From the IMG/VR virus record IMGVR_UViG_3300045988_116984: DNA of 64,000 bases; one strand, written 5' to 3'. This DNA comes from a virus. Under the pieces are notes generated by a model. That model saw only the letters and a program-made list of their open reading frames with translations. It had not been told where the DNA came from and made no database searches. Made by a program: the position numbers and the translations under genes. Below, one piece after another: positions 36,836-46,886 of this stretch. Numbering within the stretch: the first letter of the stretch is position 1; each line of letters starts with the position of its first letter.

Positions 36836-37288
36836 ATGGCAGTAGAATACATCATTAACGAAGAAAAGCGTACTGTTGTTGCTATGCTTAAAGGCACAGA
36901 ACTTGACGCTCATAAAGCAATTATGCGGCAAGTTGGAGACGCTGAGGAAAGCTTTTTCGGATTTAACAGCAATTGGACTACGTTGATTCCTGATTCTTTC
37001 ACAGGTAAAGCAAAATGCGACCCGCGTGACGAATTTAGTCTTGACGAGGGAAAGAAAATCGCAAAAGCTCGTTGTATGGAAAAGTATTACAGGGCGAAAG
37101 ACGCGGCAATTAAAACGTGGTATAAGAATGCTCGTGTAAAGATGGGGCGAGTAGAAAAGCTTGTTCGTGACATTGACACGGCTAGACTGTTCAAGGAAAG
37201 AAAACAAAAAGAGGAAGCATTGAACAAATATAGAACAGCATTAGAGGCTGTTGAAGAAGCTAGAGCCGAACTTGAAAAAGTTATGTGA
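36836..37288 (+). CDS. hypothetical early protein (150 aa)
   Basis: TAGGAG RBS; first ORF after the promoter; coiled-coil C-terminus. Confidence 0.7.
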   Translation: MAVEYIINEEKRTVVAMLKGTELDAHKAIMRQVGDAEESFFGFNSNWTTLIPDSFTGKAKCDPRDEFSLDEGKKIAKARCMEKYYRAKDAAIKTWYKNARVKMGRVEKLVRDIDTARLFKERKQKEEALNKYRTALEAVEEARAELEKVM

Positions 37289-37335
37289 TATCATTATTGA
37301 TATTTTATAATAATTAAGAAAATGAGGTAAAATTA

Positions 37336-37689
37336 ATGGCAGTTGGATTTAGCTTTCAAAAAGCAAAACGAGAGAAAATTTGGGTAAAACTTCTGCTTAA
37401 TGGCCCGTCAGGTAGCGGCAAAACGTATACAGCATTGCGTCTAGCTACTGGTATGTTGAGCAAGGTTGGCGGAGCTGGTATTGCCGCTATTGACACGGAG
37501 AATGGACGTATTCGTTATTATGCGAATGAATTTGACTTCTTCGACTTACAGCTTGGCGAACCATATACGTCTGAATCGTATATCGAAGCAATCAATGCGG
37601 CAGTTGACAATGGATTTAAAGTGCTTATCATTGATAGTTTGAGCCATGAATGGAAATGGTTGAATGAAGTACATGATAAGATGCCCGGT
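37336..37689 (+). CDS. AAA/RecA-like phage ATPase, exon 1
   Basis: Walker A GPSGSGKT and Walker B VLIIDSLSHEW. The track ORF reads 4 extra codons into the intron before its stop. Confidence 0.75.
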
Positions 37690-38093
37690 TGTAATGTGGC
37701 GTAAACACATTCACGGCCCGCTATATTGGTAACAATATGGTGTTTCCTCACGAATATGCTGGAACGCCCTTAGAGTTCACATGCTAAAGAGGAATCTTGA
37801 GATAGATAAACTTAAATGCTATAAAAAGTTGTGAAATTGGGAAATCAGCAGGGAATGGATATAACAGTCCTGCCCTCAACGACTATGGTGTTGGAACCAG
37901 TAGAATTAAGCGATTCAAAATGTGAGGACTCCTTATGAGTAAAAACAATTTAACTTCTATGACAAAAGACGAAGTTCAAGAAGTTATTATCTCATTAGGA
38001 TGAAGATATAGTCTGCACTTACGCGAAAGCGTGAGAAAAGCATATAAACTATGCTCTTTATAGAAATAGCGAATCTATAAAGTAACACAATGG
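37690..38093 (+). mobile_element. ORF-less intervening sequence (probable group I intron) in the ATPase gene
   Basis: 404 nt with no ORF over 22 aa separate ...HDKMPG from NSFTNWGKLKPRH... The upstream exon ends in T, the insert ends in G, and both exons are in frame. Confidence 0.55.
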
Positions 38094-38666
38094 AACTCAT
38101 TTACGAACTGGGGCAAGCTTAAACCGCGTCATGCGGCTTTGATGGAAAAAATTCTTCAGTCACCAATTCATATTATTGCTACTGCTCGTGGTAAAGATGA
38201 TTATGTGATGGAAGATAAGAACGGTAAACAGATTCCTAAAAAGGTTGGTGTAGGTTCACAGCAAGAGAAAGATATCGAATACAACTACACTGTAACGTTT
38301 AATATCGACCAAGAAACGCATGTGGCATCAGTGGCAAAGGATAATACACATCTTTTTGAGGGACGATATGATAAACTCACGGAAAAAGATGGTTCTAATC
38401 TGATTGATTGGGCAACTTCTGGCGAGGGAGAAATGCCGACAGAACCTGTTTCAAAGCCTACATTTGCAGCACCGAGCGATTCTAATGATTTGGATAGCAA
38501 GGTTATTGAGTGTAAGGATTTGTTCGCTTCTAGAATGGATGAGGGTATCTCAAAGGATTTCTTGTATGACATTGTAAAGAAGCACAATGCTGGCAATAAA
38601 AACTTCATGCAGATTAAAGATATTGAAGTATTGAATACTATTATTAAGGAAATTAAAGAGGTTTAA
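38094..38666 (+). CDS. AAA/RecA-like phage ATPase, exon 2
   Basis: The frame is open from 38070 with no start or RBS. NSFTNWGKLKPRHAALMEKILQSPIHIIATARGK continues the ATPase fold. Confidence 0.75.
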   Translation, partial: NSFTNWGKLKPRHAALMEKILQSPIHIIATARGKDDYVMEDKNGKQIPKKVGVGSQQEKDIEYNYTVTFNIDQETHVASVAKDNTHLFEGRYDKLTEKDGSNLIDWATSGEGEMPTEPVSKPTFAAPSDSNDLDSKVIECKDLFASRMDEGISKDFLYDIVKKHNAGNKNFMQIKDIEVLNTIIKEIKEV

Positions 38667-38671
38667 TTAAT

Positions 38672-39073
38672 ATGAGTCTGAATATTCGTGAAACTTACGC
38701 AAGTGTTTTTGATGTCGCACCGAACGATAGATATGTAAACTGTAATCTTAGCACAGGACGTAAACTGAAAGATGTTGATGATAATGGGAATCCAAAATAT
38801 GCTAATTCAAGTTGGCGTGCTACTTTCGTTGGTTCAAAGCTTGAGGAAGCCAAGAAGCTTAAGGCGAGAGATAGGATTAAGATTAATTCTGGCACTATTA
38901 GCCATGAAAAGAGCAACAAGACTGGTGTTGACGGCAAGCCTCTTTATTTCTATAATGTGACTATCTTTGACTTTGATAAGATAGATTCTTCGGGTTCTTC
39001 TTCCGCAACCACTACTTCTTCTACGCCAAAAGCCACTGGCGTAATTGATTCCGAAGATGATTTGCCGTTCTAA
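38672..39073 (+). CDS. ssb: single-stranded DNA-binding protein
   Basis: OB-fold-sized protein (133 aa) with a Ser/Thr-rich linker and the acidic tail DSEDDLPF typical of SSB C-termini. Confidence 0.7.
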   Translation: MSLNIRETYASVFDVAPNDRYVNCNLSTGRKLKDVDDNGNPKYANSSWRATFVGSKLEEAKKLKARDRIKINSGTISHEKSNKTGVDGKPLYFYNVTIFDFDKIDSSGSSSATTTSSTPKATGVIDSEDDLPF

Positions 39074-39084
39074 TGCGTAATTGT

Positions 39085-39119
39085 GGCGGGGAGAAATTAA
39101 ACTCCCCGCCTATTCTTTT
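39085..39119 (+). terminator. rho-independent terminator
   Basis: GGCGGGGAG-AAATTAAA-CTCCCCGCC followed by a T-rich stretch. Confidence 0.7.
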
Positions 39120-39179
39120 AAAGGTAGTGGTTTATTGATTTTACTTGAACAGGAATTGATACATGACATAATTGATGAT

Positions 39180-39914
39180 ATGGTGTGGTCGTTCTCAAGG
39201 CTAAATAGCTTTTATAACTGTAAAAAGGGTTGGTATTATTCATATATTTTAAAGAGGGCTGACCAAGAGAATTTCTTTTCACAGTATGGCACATTTGCTC
39301 ATTCAGTGTTTGAAAAATATAACAATGGTGAGCTTGAAATATTTGAATTAGCAGACTATTATAAAGACAATTATTATGATAATGTTGTCGAACCAGCACC
39401 ACCAAATAAATATGTTGACTTAAATGAATCATATTTCAATAAAGGATATGAGTATTTTTCTACATTTGACGACAACGATAGTGAAGAAATTATAGGTGCT
39501 GAGATTAAATTTGACTTTAACATAGAAGTTCTTGGCAAAGATAGAAAGTTTCTTGGCTTTATTGATAAGATTTCCAAGGACAAAGATGGATATATTGTAA
39601 CAGATTATAAGTCTAAGGGGAGATTTAAGAGTAAAGAAGAACTGCATGATTATACACGACAATTGTATATTTATGCAATAGCAATAAAAAAAATGTTTGG
39701 GGAATATCCTCATACATTGATATTCAATCAATTTAAAGAACATACACAAGAGGTTATAAAGTTCAACGAAGCAGATTTACAAGAAACAATTGATTGGATA
39801 AAGAAAACTATTGAATTAATTTATGACGAAAAAGACTTTTTAGCTTCTCCGAATGACTTTTTCTGCGCATATTTGTGTTCTTCAAGGGATGAATGTACTT
39901 CGGATGGCGGTTGA
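39180..39914 (+). CDS. PD-(D/E)XK (RecB/Cas4-like) exonuclease
   Basis: SFSRLNSFYNCKKGWYY N-terminus, GFIDKISKDKDGYIVTDYKSK core, C-terminal Cys cluster CAYLCSSRDEC. The track start 39081 lies inside the terminator, so I trimmed it. Confidence 0.7.
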   Translation: MVWSFSRLNSFYNCKKGWYYSYILKRADQENFFSQYGTFAHSVFEKYNNGELEIFELADYYKDNYYDNVVEPAPPNKYVDLNESYFNKGYEYFSTFDDNDSEEIIGAEIKFDFNIEVLGKDRKFLGFIDKISKDKDGYIVTDYKSKGRFKSKEELHDYTRQLYIYAIAIKKMFGEYPHTLIFNQFKEHTQEVIKFNEADLQETIDWIKKTIELIYDEKDFLASPNDFFCAYLCSSRDECTSDGG

Positions 39915-39939
39915 CAACTTTTTCGTTTTGTGATATAAT
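39911..39939 (+). promoter_or_regulatory. sigma-A-type promoter
   Basis: TTGACA (39911-16), 17 bp, TGaTATAAT (39931-39). Confidence 0.7.
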
Positions 39940-39957
39940 TAGGACGGAGTAGGTTAT

Positions 39958-41931
39958 ATGATAAGTAGAGAACAAATTGAAGCCGCGAAAGAAAAACTAG
40001 GCGAACGGGCGTTCGCACTTATGGCTCAAGAACTTCCACTTGAGCAAGTAGATATGAAAACTCTTTCATGTAAATCTCCTTTCAGAGATGAAAGAACTCC
40101 GTCCGCACATTGGTATAAAGAGGGAAATTGCTTAAAATGCTTCTCTACTGGAATATCAATGGATTATATTGACTTTCTTATTCGTTTTCAAGGCAGAACA
40201 TTTTCAGAAGCCGTCAGAGAGCTTTTTGAAGAAGCAGAAGTTGAATATAATCCTGATGATTTAAAGCCAGACAGTGGTGAAGATGCTTATAGGAATTTTA
40301 AATTCGCACATGATGAGCCTAGAAATGATAGACAAATAGTCGAAGCATATCTAAAACGGCGGCACATCTCTCCAAAAACGCTTGATTTTTGTAATGTTAA
40401 GCAAGATAAGAATGGCAATATTGCTTATCAATTCTATGATACCGATGGCAGACTTATTCAAACTAAGTACAGAGTGTCTAAACCAGCTGAGAACGGTGAA
40501 ACTAAATGGCATTGGCAAGTAGGTTCAAGCAATTGCGCTTTGCTGTATGGTATAAACAAAGTTAATCCATCTTTGCCACTTGTTATAGTAGAGGGGCTTA
40601 ATGATAGATTAGCTTGTGTAGAGGCGGGTTATACAAATACTGTATCTATTCCTGGCGGAGCAAACGACTTAAACTGGATTGACTTTAACTTTAATACACT
40701 CCAAAAGTGTAAGGAGCTTATCCTTTGGTTTGATGATGATGAATCTGGACAAAAGGCTACAAAAGAATGTGTTAGCAGACTTGGTATTTATCGCACAAAG
40801 GTAGTTCAGAATGATTCTGTTATTAAAGAAAAAATTAGAGAGTTCTACGGACAGCATAATATTGATAAAGTAGACGCTAATAATGTACTGGCGGCTTGTG
40901 GAGAGAACGAAGTTCTTAATATGATTGCCAAGGCAAAAATGGAAGATAATCCGCGAGTACAGCATCTTATGGACGTAGAAGAAGTACAGATTAGTGATTT
41001 ACCTAGGATTTCTATGGGCTTCAAGGCAATGGATAAGGTGTTTTCTGGAAATTTTGAACACTCTTTGACAATTCTTACTGGCAAATCTGGTAATGGTAAA
41101 TCTAGTATTCTTAACACAATGTTTGTGGCCGCTCCACTTGAAGCAGGAGAAAAGGTGTTTATATATAGTGGTGAAATTCCAAGCGGAATACTTCTAGCCA
41201 ATATCTTAAAGCCGTTAGCTTCTAATAGACATATTCTTGAATTTGATAATGGTGATGCTCCTAAAGGGTATGCGGTTTCAAAACAAGCTTCTCCGGTAAT
41301 AAAATCGTTTTATCGTGAAGATTTGTTCAACTATAATGATTCAAATGAGTTTGACACTGATTCAAAATCTATTTTACATGCTATGGAGTATTCTTATAAA
41401 AGATATGGTGTTAAGAACTTCATTGTTGATTCTTTGCTAACAGTTGATTATTCGCATGAATACGGTGACGATAAATACGAAAAGCAGAAAAACTTTGTTA
41501 TAAACCTAAAGTCATTTACAAATGCTTATCCAGTTCGTGTTGCTCTTGTAGCACATAGTAGAAAGCTTGCTCCGGGGGCCAAAGAGATAGGCGGAGACGA
41601 TATTGCTGGTTCAAGTGATATTCTGAAATGTTGTAACAGAGCGTTTAGTGTGGAGATTTTGTGGGACGACCCTGATGGGTATAACACGTTGGTTCGTTGT
41701 ATTAAGGATAGAGAGACTGGTTACGCCGATAGAGAAGTTAAGCTGTATTACGACAGAAAGAGTTATAGAGTATATTCTAATAAAGAAGAACTGAATTACA
41801 AGTACAAGTGGGAAGTAGAAGCCGAGAAGAACAGAACTATTAGATATTCCGAACATGTATCGAAAAGACTTGTATGTAACATTAAAGAGCCAGTGGTTGC
41901 GAAAGAAGTATTAGGAGAAATTGAGAAGTGA
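39958..41931 (+). CDS. bifunctional DNA primase / DnaB-like helicase
   Basis: N-terminal Zn-finger/primase region, Toprim (VIVEGLNDRLA, WFDDDESG), helicase Walker A GKSGNGKSS. Confidence 0.85.
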   Translation: MISREQIEAAKEKLGERAFALMAQELPLEQVDMKTLSCKSPFRDERTPSAHWYKEGNCLKCFSTGISMDYIDFLIRFQGRTFSEAVRELFEEAEVEYNPDDLKPDSGEDAYRNFKFAHDEPRNDRQIVEAYLKRRHISPKTLDFCNVKQDKNGNIAYQFYDTDGRLIQTKYRVSKPAENGETKWHWQVGSSNCALLYGINKVNPSLPLVIVEGLNDRLACVEAGYTNTVSIPGGANDLNWIDFNFNTLQKCKELILWFDDDESGQKATKECVSRLGIYRTKVVQNDSVIKEKIREFYGQHNIDKVDANNVLAACGENEVLNMIAKAKMEDNPRVQHLMDVEEVQISDLPRISMGFKAMDKVFSGNFEHSLTILTGKSGNGKSSILNTMFVAAPLEAGEKVFIYSGEIPSGILLANILKPLASNRHILEFDNGDAPKGYAVSKQASPVIKSFYREDLFNYNDSNEFDTDSKSILHAMEYSYKRYGVKNFIVDSLLTVDYSHEYGDDKYEKQKNFVINLKSFTNAYPVRVALVAHSRKLAPGAKEIGGDDIAGSSDILKCCNRAFSVEILWDDPDGYNTLVRCIKDRETGYADREVKLYYDRKSYRVYSNKEELNYKYKWEVEAEKNRTIRYSEHVSKRLVCNIKEPVVAKEVLGEIEK

Positions 41932-44900
41932 TTGATTTTGTTAATCTCCACCTACACGATGATAATTCTTTGTTAGATAGTTGTACAAAGTTCAATGAAT
42001 ATGTAGATTTAGCAGTTAAATACGAACAGAAAGCGATAGCATGTACGAATCACGGAAGAATCATAAATTGGACTGACAAGAAAAGATATTGCGATTCTGT
42101 TGGTATTAAATATATACACGGCTGTGAGGTATATTTAACGGCTAAAGAATATTTTAATATTGATGATTCTCAAAGAAAAGTAAAAGATAACTATCATACA
42201 ATTCTATTAGCAAAGAATAATGATGGTATAAAAGAGCTTAATTCACTTGTGTCGATGTCAAGCACTCCGTCTCACATGTATTATAAACCGAGAATAACTT
42301 TTGATGAGTTTCTTGGAATATCTGATAATATAATATCTTTATCGGCATGTTTAGCTGGTGTATTATCTAGAATAGATAGAGAAATAAAATATTTGTCTGA
42401 ATCAGAATCTGAATTAGATATACAAAGACTTTCGGTTCTAATAGATTATAGGGAGAAACTTTTTGATAAGTATGATTATTATGAAGTACAACCTCATAAT
42501 ACCGACGAACAGATTGTGCTTAACAGAGTTCTTTCAAAAGAAGCAAAAGCTAGAGGGAAGAAATTAGTAGCAACTAATGATGTTCATAGTTTAAATCAAT
42601 ATAAAGCAGAATGTAGAAAAATTCTTATGGCTGGAAAAGAAATAACGTTTGGAGAGGACGAATACGATTTTGATTTAACGTTTAAATCAGGCGACGAAAT
42701 GAAAGAACTTCTTCGCAATCAATTTGTATTGTCTGATGAAGAAATAGATGATGCTATCGCAAATTCTGTTGAAATAGCGAATAACATAGAATTATATGAA
42801 TTAGACACTTCTATTAAATATCCTAAAATAAGCGATAATGATGAAGAAGTGTTTATAAAGAAAGTAAGAGAAAAACTTGATTATAAAATCAAGAACGGTA
42901 TTATCAGGGAAGATGAGATAGAACAGGTAAGAAAGAATTTAAACGAAGAATATAAAGTATTTAAACAAGTAAATATGATAACGTTTATGCTCTCAATGTC
43001 TGATTTGATTTGCTGGTGTAAGGACAACGGAATACCTGTTGGGCCAGCAAGAGGAAGCGTTGGTGGCTCTACAACGGCATATGTGCTTGATATTATAGAT
43101 ATGAACCCTGTAAGATGGAATACTATATTCTCTAGGTTCTGTAATGAGTTCAGAGTTGAAATAGGAGATATAGATGTTGACATACCGGGCAATCAACGAG
43201 ACGCCGTTTTTAACCACTGTATAGAAACGTTTGGGAAAGATAAAACTGCGTTTGTGTTGGCAATTGGAACTGTTGTTGATAAGGGAACGATAGACTTAAT
43301 AGGTAAAGCATTAAAGTATGATTTAAACGAAGTAAAAGAAATAAAGAAAAAATACGAAGAAAGCCCAGAAAAGACAAGAAGTAAATATAAAGATATATTT
43401 AAGTATTTTGATGGTATTGTAAATACTTGTATATCACAATCTAGGCATCCTGCTGGTATCGTTATTTCTCCGATAACATTAGATGATAACTATGGTACAT
43501 TAGTTGATTCAGACGGCAATAGAGTATTACAGCTTGATATGGAAGCTGTACACGAAGTTGGTTTGGCAAAATATGATATCCTTGGCTTGAGGACGGTTGA
43601 TACGATATATGAGACATATAAGTTGATAGGGAGGCCTTATCCTAAAAGCCACGAAATAGATTGGGACGACCAAAAAGTTTGGGAAGATATGCTTCGTTCA
43701 CCATTCGGAATATTTCAAATGGAATCTCCTTTTGCTTTCCAGATGATAAATGAATTTAAACCACATAGCATATTTGACATGTCTTTGGTTACTGCTATGA
43801 TTCGCCCTAGCGGAGCGTCTTATAGAGATGGGCTTATAAAAAAACAAGTTCATAAAAATCCATCAGAAGAAATTGACGAACTTCTTAAAAATAACTATGG
43901 ATACCTTGTGTATCAAGAGGACGTTATTGCTTTTCTACAAAAAGTTTGTGGGCTAAGTGGAGGCGAAGCAGACAATGTAAGACGAGCAATTGGCCGAAAG
44001 GATTTAGATAGACTTGAAAAGGCAATGCCATCAATACTTGAGGGATATTGTAATAAGTCTAAGAAACCAAGAGAAGTAGCAGAGCAAGAGGCAAAAGAGT
44101 TCTTAAAGGTGATAGAAGATGCTAGTTCCTACATGTTTGGCTACAACCATTCAATAGCATATTGTCTGTTGGGCTATATGTGCGCTTATCTTCGGTATTA
44201 TTATCCGTTGGAATTTATTACGGCTTCATTCAACACGATTGAAAGCGAGAAAGATATTGCTGACTGTACAGAGCTAGCAAAACAAATGAAAATATCCATT
44301 TATCCTCCACAATTTAGGTATTCTCGTTCAAACTATTATATGGACAAAGAGCATAACGCTGTATATAAAGGAATAGCTTCAATTAAGTTTCTAAGTCCTG
44401 ACACAGCAGAATATCTATTCGGGTTGCGTGGTGAAAAATATAATGGGTTTATTGATTTTCTTTCAAGGCTCGACACCGGCCATATCAACTCACGTCAAAT
44501 TGAAATCCTTATCAAACTTGATTTCTTCAAGGAATTTGGTAACTCAAAGTTTTTGCTTAATGCTTATCGTTTTTATAGTAAGTTTGGTTCTTCAAAGATG
44601 ATTAGCAAAGATAAATTCGACGACGCTAATATTATTGAAAACATATTTAAACGTCATAGCCGAGAAACAGCAAAGAAATATGTTGATTTAGATATGGAAG
44701 CTATATTGGCAGAAGTTGAAGAATACTTGAAGATGATTCATTCAGAAGATTTTCCGATAATTGACAAAATTAAATGGCAAAATGAATTTGTCGGATATAT
44801 AGACTTCAGAACAAATGAAGAAGAAGATAGAACAAAACTCCTTATATTATATATTCGTAAATTGGTAAGCAAGAAAACTGGTAAGATATGGGCTTATTCA

Positions 44901-45083
44901 TTTGAAACAATATCAATTGGAAGTGGAAAGAAGTCAGAGGTTCTTGTATATCCAAATGTATATGAGAAGAATCCAGTTGTAGAGAAAAGTGTCATTAAAG
45001 TTAGTCCATATGCTCTTACTTCAAAGGAATTTAACGGAAGAAAATCGTGGTATCTCAACAAATATGAACAGATTGTCATGTAA
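41928..45083 (+). CDS. DNA polymerase III alpha subunit (DnaE/PolC-type, PHP domain)
   Basis: PHP motif FVNLHLHDDNSLLDS, GPARGSVGGSTTAYVLDI, 1051 aa. GTGA overlap with the primase stop. Confidence 0.85.
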   Translation: MIDFVNLHLHDDNSLLDSCTKFNEYVDLAVKYEQKAIACTNHGRIINWTDKKRYCDSVGIKYIHGCEVYLTAKEYFNIDDSQRKVKDNYHTILLAKNNDGIKELNSLVSMSSTPSHMYYKPRITFDEFLGISDNIISLSACLAGVLSRIDREIKYLSESESELDIQRLSVLIDYREKLFDKYDYYEVQPHNTDEQIVLNRVLSKEAKARGKKLVATNDVHSLNQYKAECRKILMAGKEITFGEDEYDFDLTFKSGDEMKELLRNQFVLSDEEIDDAIANSVEIANNIELYELDTSIKYPKISDNDEEVFIKKVREKLDYKIKNGIIREDEIEQVRKNLNEEYKVFKQVNMITFMLSMSDLICWCKDNGIPVGPARGSVGGSTTAYVLDIIDMNPVRWNTIFSRFCNEFRVEIGDIDVDIPGNQRDAVFNHCIETFGKDKTAFVLAIGTVVDKGTIDLIGKALKYDLNEVKEIKKKYEESPEKTRSKYKDIFKYFDGIVNTCISQSRHPAGIVISPITLDDNYGTLVDSDGNRVLQLDMEAVHEVGLAKYDILGLRTVDTIYETYKLIGRPYPKSHEIDWDDQKVWEDMLRSPFGIFQMESPFAFQMINEFKPHSIFDMSLVTAMIRPSGASYRDGLIKKQVHKNPSEEIDELLKNNYGYLVYQEDVIAFLQKVCGLSGGEADNVRRAIGRKDLDRLEKAMPSILEGYCNKSKKPREVAEQEAKEFLKVIEDASSYMFGYNHSIAYCLLGYMCAYLRYYYPLEFITASFNTIESEKDIADCTELAKQMKISIYPPQFRYSRSNYYMDKEHNAVYKGIASIKFLSPDTAEYLFGLRGEKYNGFIDFLSRLDTGHINSRQIEILIKLDFFKEFGNSKFLLNAYRFYSKFGSSKMISKDKFDDANIIENIFKRHSRETAKKYVDLDMEAILAEVEEYLKMIHSEDFPIIDKIKWQNEFVGYIDFRTNEEEDRTKLLILYIRKLVSKKTGKIWAYSFETISIGSGKKSEVLVYPNVYEKNPVVEKSVIKVSPYALTSKEFNGRKSWYLNKYEQIVM

Positions 45084-45087
45084 ATGT

Positions 45088-45116
45088 TTGACAAAACTAA
45101 AAATATGTGGTATAAT
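45088..45116 (+). promoter_or_regulatory. sigma-A-type promoter
   Basis: TTGACA (45088-93), 17 bp, TGgTATAAT. Confidence 0.7.
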
Positions 45117-45147
45117 TGGTACAAAGGTGAGACACATGGAGTAAGTT

Positions 45148-45444
45148 ATGTACGAAAAAGACCAACTATGTTTTAGTTGCGCAAAAGCTTGCGGCAAATG
45201 TTCATGGAGTTATAATCTTGTACCTGTTGACGGGTGGACAGCGAGGTTTTCTATATTACCTAATAATATAGAGACGTTCAAAGTAATTAAGTGTCCACAA
45301 TATGAATTTGATGGATTGTGTACTAGGTGTATATACTTTGACAACTCATATGAAAACCCGTCAGAATGGTACAAAAACTGCAAACATAACAGAAATTCTC
45401 AAGGATTTGGCGATTGTTCAGGCTATAAAAACAGATATAGGTGA
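45148..45444 (+). CDS. Cys-rich hypothetical protein
   Basis: 98 aa, 10 Cys (CFSCAKACGKCS...). Confidence 0.6.
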   Translation: MYEKDQLCFSCAKACGKCSWSYNLVPVDGWTARFSILPNNIETFKVIKCPQYEFDGLCTRCIYFDNSYENPSEWYKNCKHNRNSQGFGDCSGYKNRYR

Positions 45445-45450
45445 TAAACA

Positions 45451-46167
45451 TTGGTATATGTCGGCTCTAAAAGACGCATTGCGAAAGATATTGTCCCGAT
45501 AATTCAGTCTTATATAACTGATAAAACTACAATGTACATAGAACCCTTTGTAGGGGGGGGCAATACAATACAGAGAATCAATTTCCACACTAAAATAGGG
45601 TATGATATTGACAAATATGTTATAGCATTGCTTGGCTATTGTCGCGACAACGGAGAAAGTATTAATCCGTTAATAACGCGAGAGGAATATAATCGCGTTA
45701 AAGATAATATGGACGACTATCCTGATTGGTATGTTGGGCTTGTTGGTTATTTAACAACTTTTGGTTCAAAGTTTTTCGGTGGATATGGACTACATAAAAA
45801 GGGTGATGAAGAAAGCCGAGTTGGATATGCGACTATAAAGAATTTTAAAAAGGAACAAGATTCACTTGTAGGTTGTAGTTTTATTTGTGAAGATTATCGA
45901 AATATTGATACATCTTTATGGAAGAACTGTGTAATATATTGTGACCCTCCATATAGAGATACGTTAAAATATAAAAGTAGTAACAACTTTGATTATGACT
46001 TTTATTATAACTGGTGTATACAATTGTCTCAAAACAATACAGTATTAATGAGCGAATACGACATGCCAAAAGAATTTAAGTGTATCTGGCAAAAGGACTT
46101 AAACTGCGGCATAACATCTTTAATTGATAAACAAATTAGAACAGAAAAGCTATTTGTAGTTAGGTGA
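45451..46167 (+). CDS. Dam-type (D12 class) N6-adenine DNA methyltransferase
   Basis: YVGSKRRIAKDI, EPFVGGGN, CDPPY; TTG start. Contains a G8 tract at 45553-45560. Confidence 0.8.
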   Translation: MVYVGSKRRIAKDIVPIIQSYITDKTTMYIEPFVGGGNTIQRINFHTKIGYDIDKYVIALLGYCRDNGESINPLITREEYNRVKDNMDDYPDWYVGLVGYLTTFGSKFFGGYGLHKKGDEESRVGYATIKNFKKEQDSLVGCSFICEDYRNIDTSLWKNCVIYCDPPYRDTLKYKSSNNFDYDFYYNWCIQLSQNNTVLMSEYDMPKEFKCIWQKDLNCGITSLIDKQIRTEKLFVVR

Positions 46168-46171
46168 TATT

Positions 46172-46879
46172 GTGACAAAATACTTTGTTACTGGTGATTG
46201 TCATGGACAATATAAAAAGCTAGAGCTATTCATTAAAAAGCAAAACCCAGAAGATGAATTGTTTATATTCATTCTTGGCGACGTTGGACTGAATTGGCAT
46301 CTTAAATATGATTTAGATGATGAAAAGAAAAAGTATCTATCTAGGTTAAAAGCAACATTTGTTTGTCTTAGAGGAAATCACGACGCAAACCATCAAAAAC
46401 TTAATATCTATAAACAAAAGAAGATGTTTGATGGAATAGTATATTATGAAGATAAATATCCTAATATATTATTTACCAAAGACGGAGAAGCATATACAAT
46501 AAACAGTAAGAAGATTTTCTGTTGTGGTGGGGCATATTCTGTTGATAAGTTCTACCGTTTAGTTCATCATTATATATGGTTCGCTGATGAACAGCCACAA
46601 GACGAAGATAAAGAATACGCCAAGAAAAGATTGTATGAGAACGACTATAATGTTGACTTTATATTCACTCATACTTGTCCGTATTTTGCTATTCCTAAAC
46701 ATTTATTTCTTCCCGGTATTGACCAAAATACAGTCGATAATTCAACCGAAATATGGCTCGAATCGTTGTGTGATGATGGACTGGAGTTTAAGCACTGGTA
46801 TTGTGGGCATTATCACGCTGATGCTGAATATAATGGAATAACATTTATGTTTGACGATTTCTTGCCTATTGATTTATGA
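46172..46879 (+). CDS. calcineurin-like metallophosphoesterase
   Basis: GDCHG, GDVGLN, RGNHD and GHYH motifs. Confidence 0.75.
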   Translation: MTKYFVTGDCHGQYKKLELFIKKQNPEDELFIFILGDVGLNWHLKYDLDDEKKKYLSRLKATFVCLRGNHDANHQKLNIYKQKKMFDGIVYYEDKYPNILFTKDGEAYTINSKKIFCCGGAYSVDKFYRLVHHYIWFADEQPQDEDKEYAKKRLYENDYNVDFIFTHTCPYFAIPKHLFLPGIDQNTVDNSTEIWLESLCDDGLEFKHWYCGHYHADAEYNGITFMFDDFLPIDL

Positions 46880-46886
46880 GGAATAT

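Noticed and set aside
36584-37207. 207-aa minus-strand ORF
   Set aside because: It overlaps the two rightward promoters and the first early gene in antisense. Its translation is AT-rich and low-complexity.
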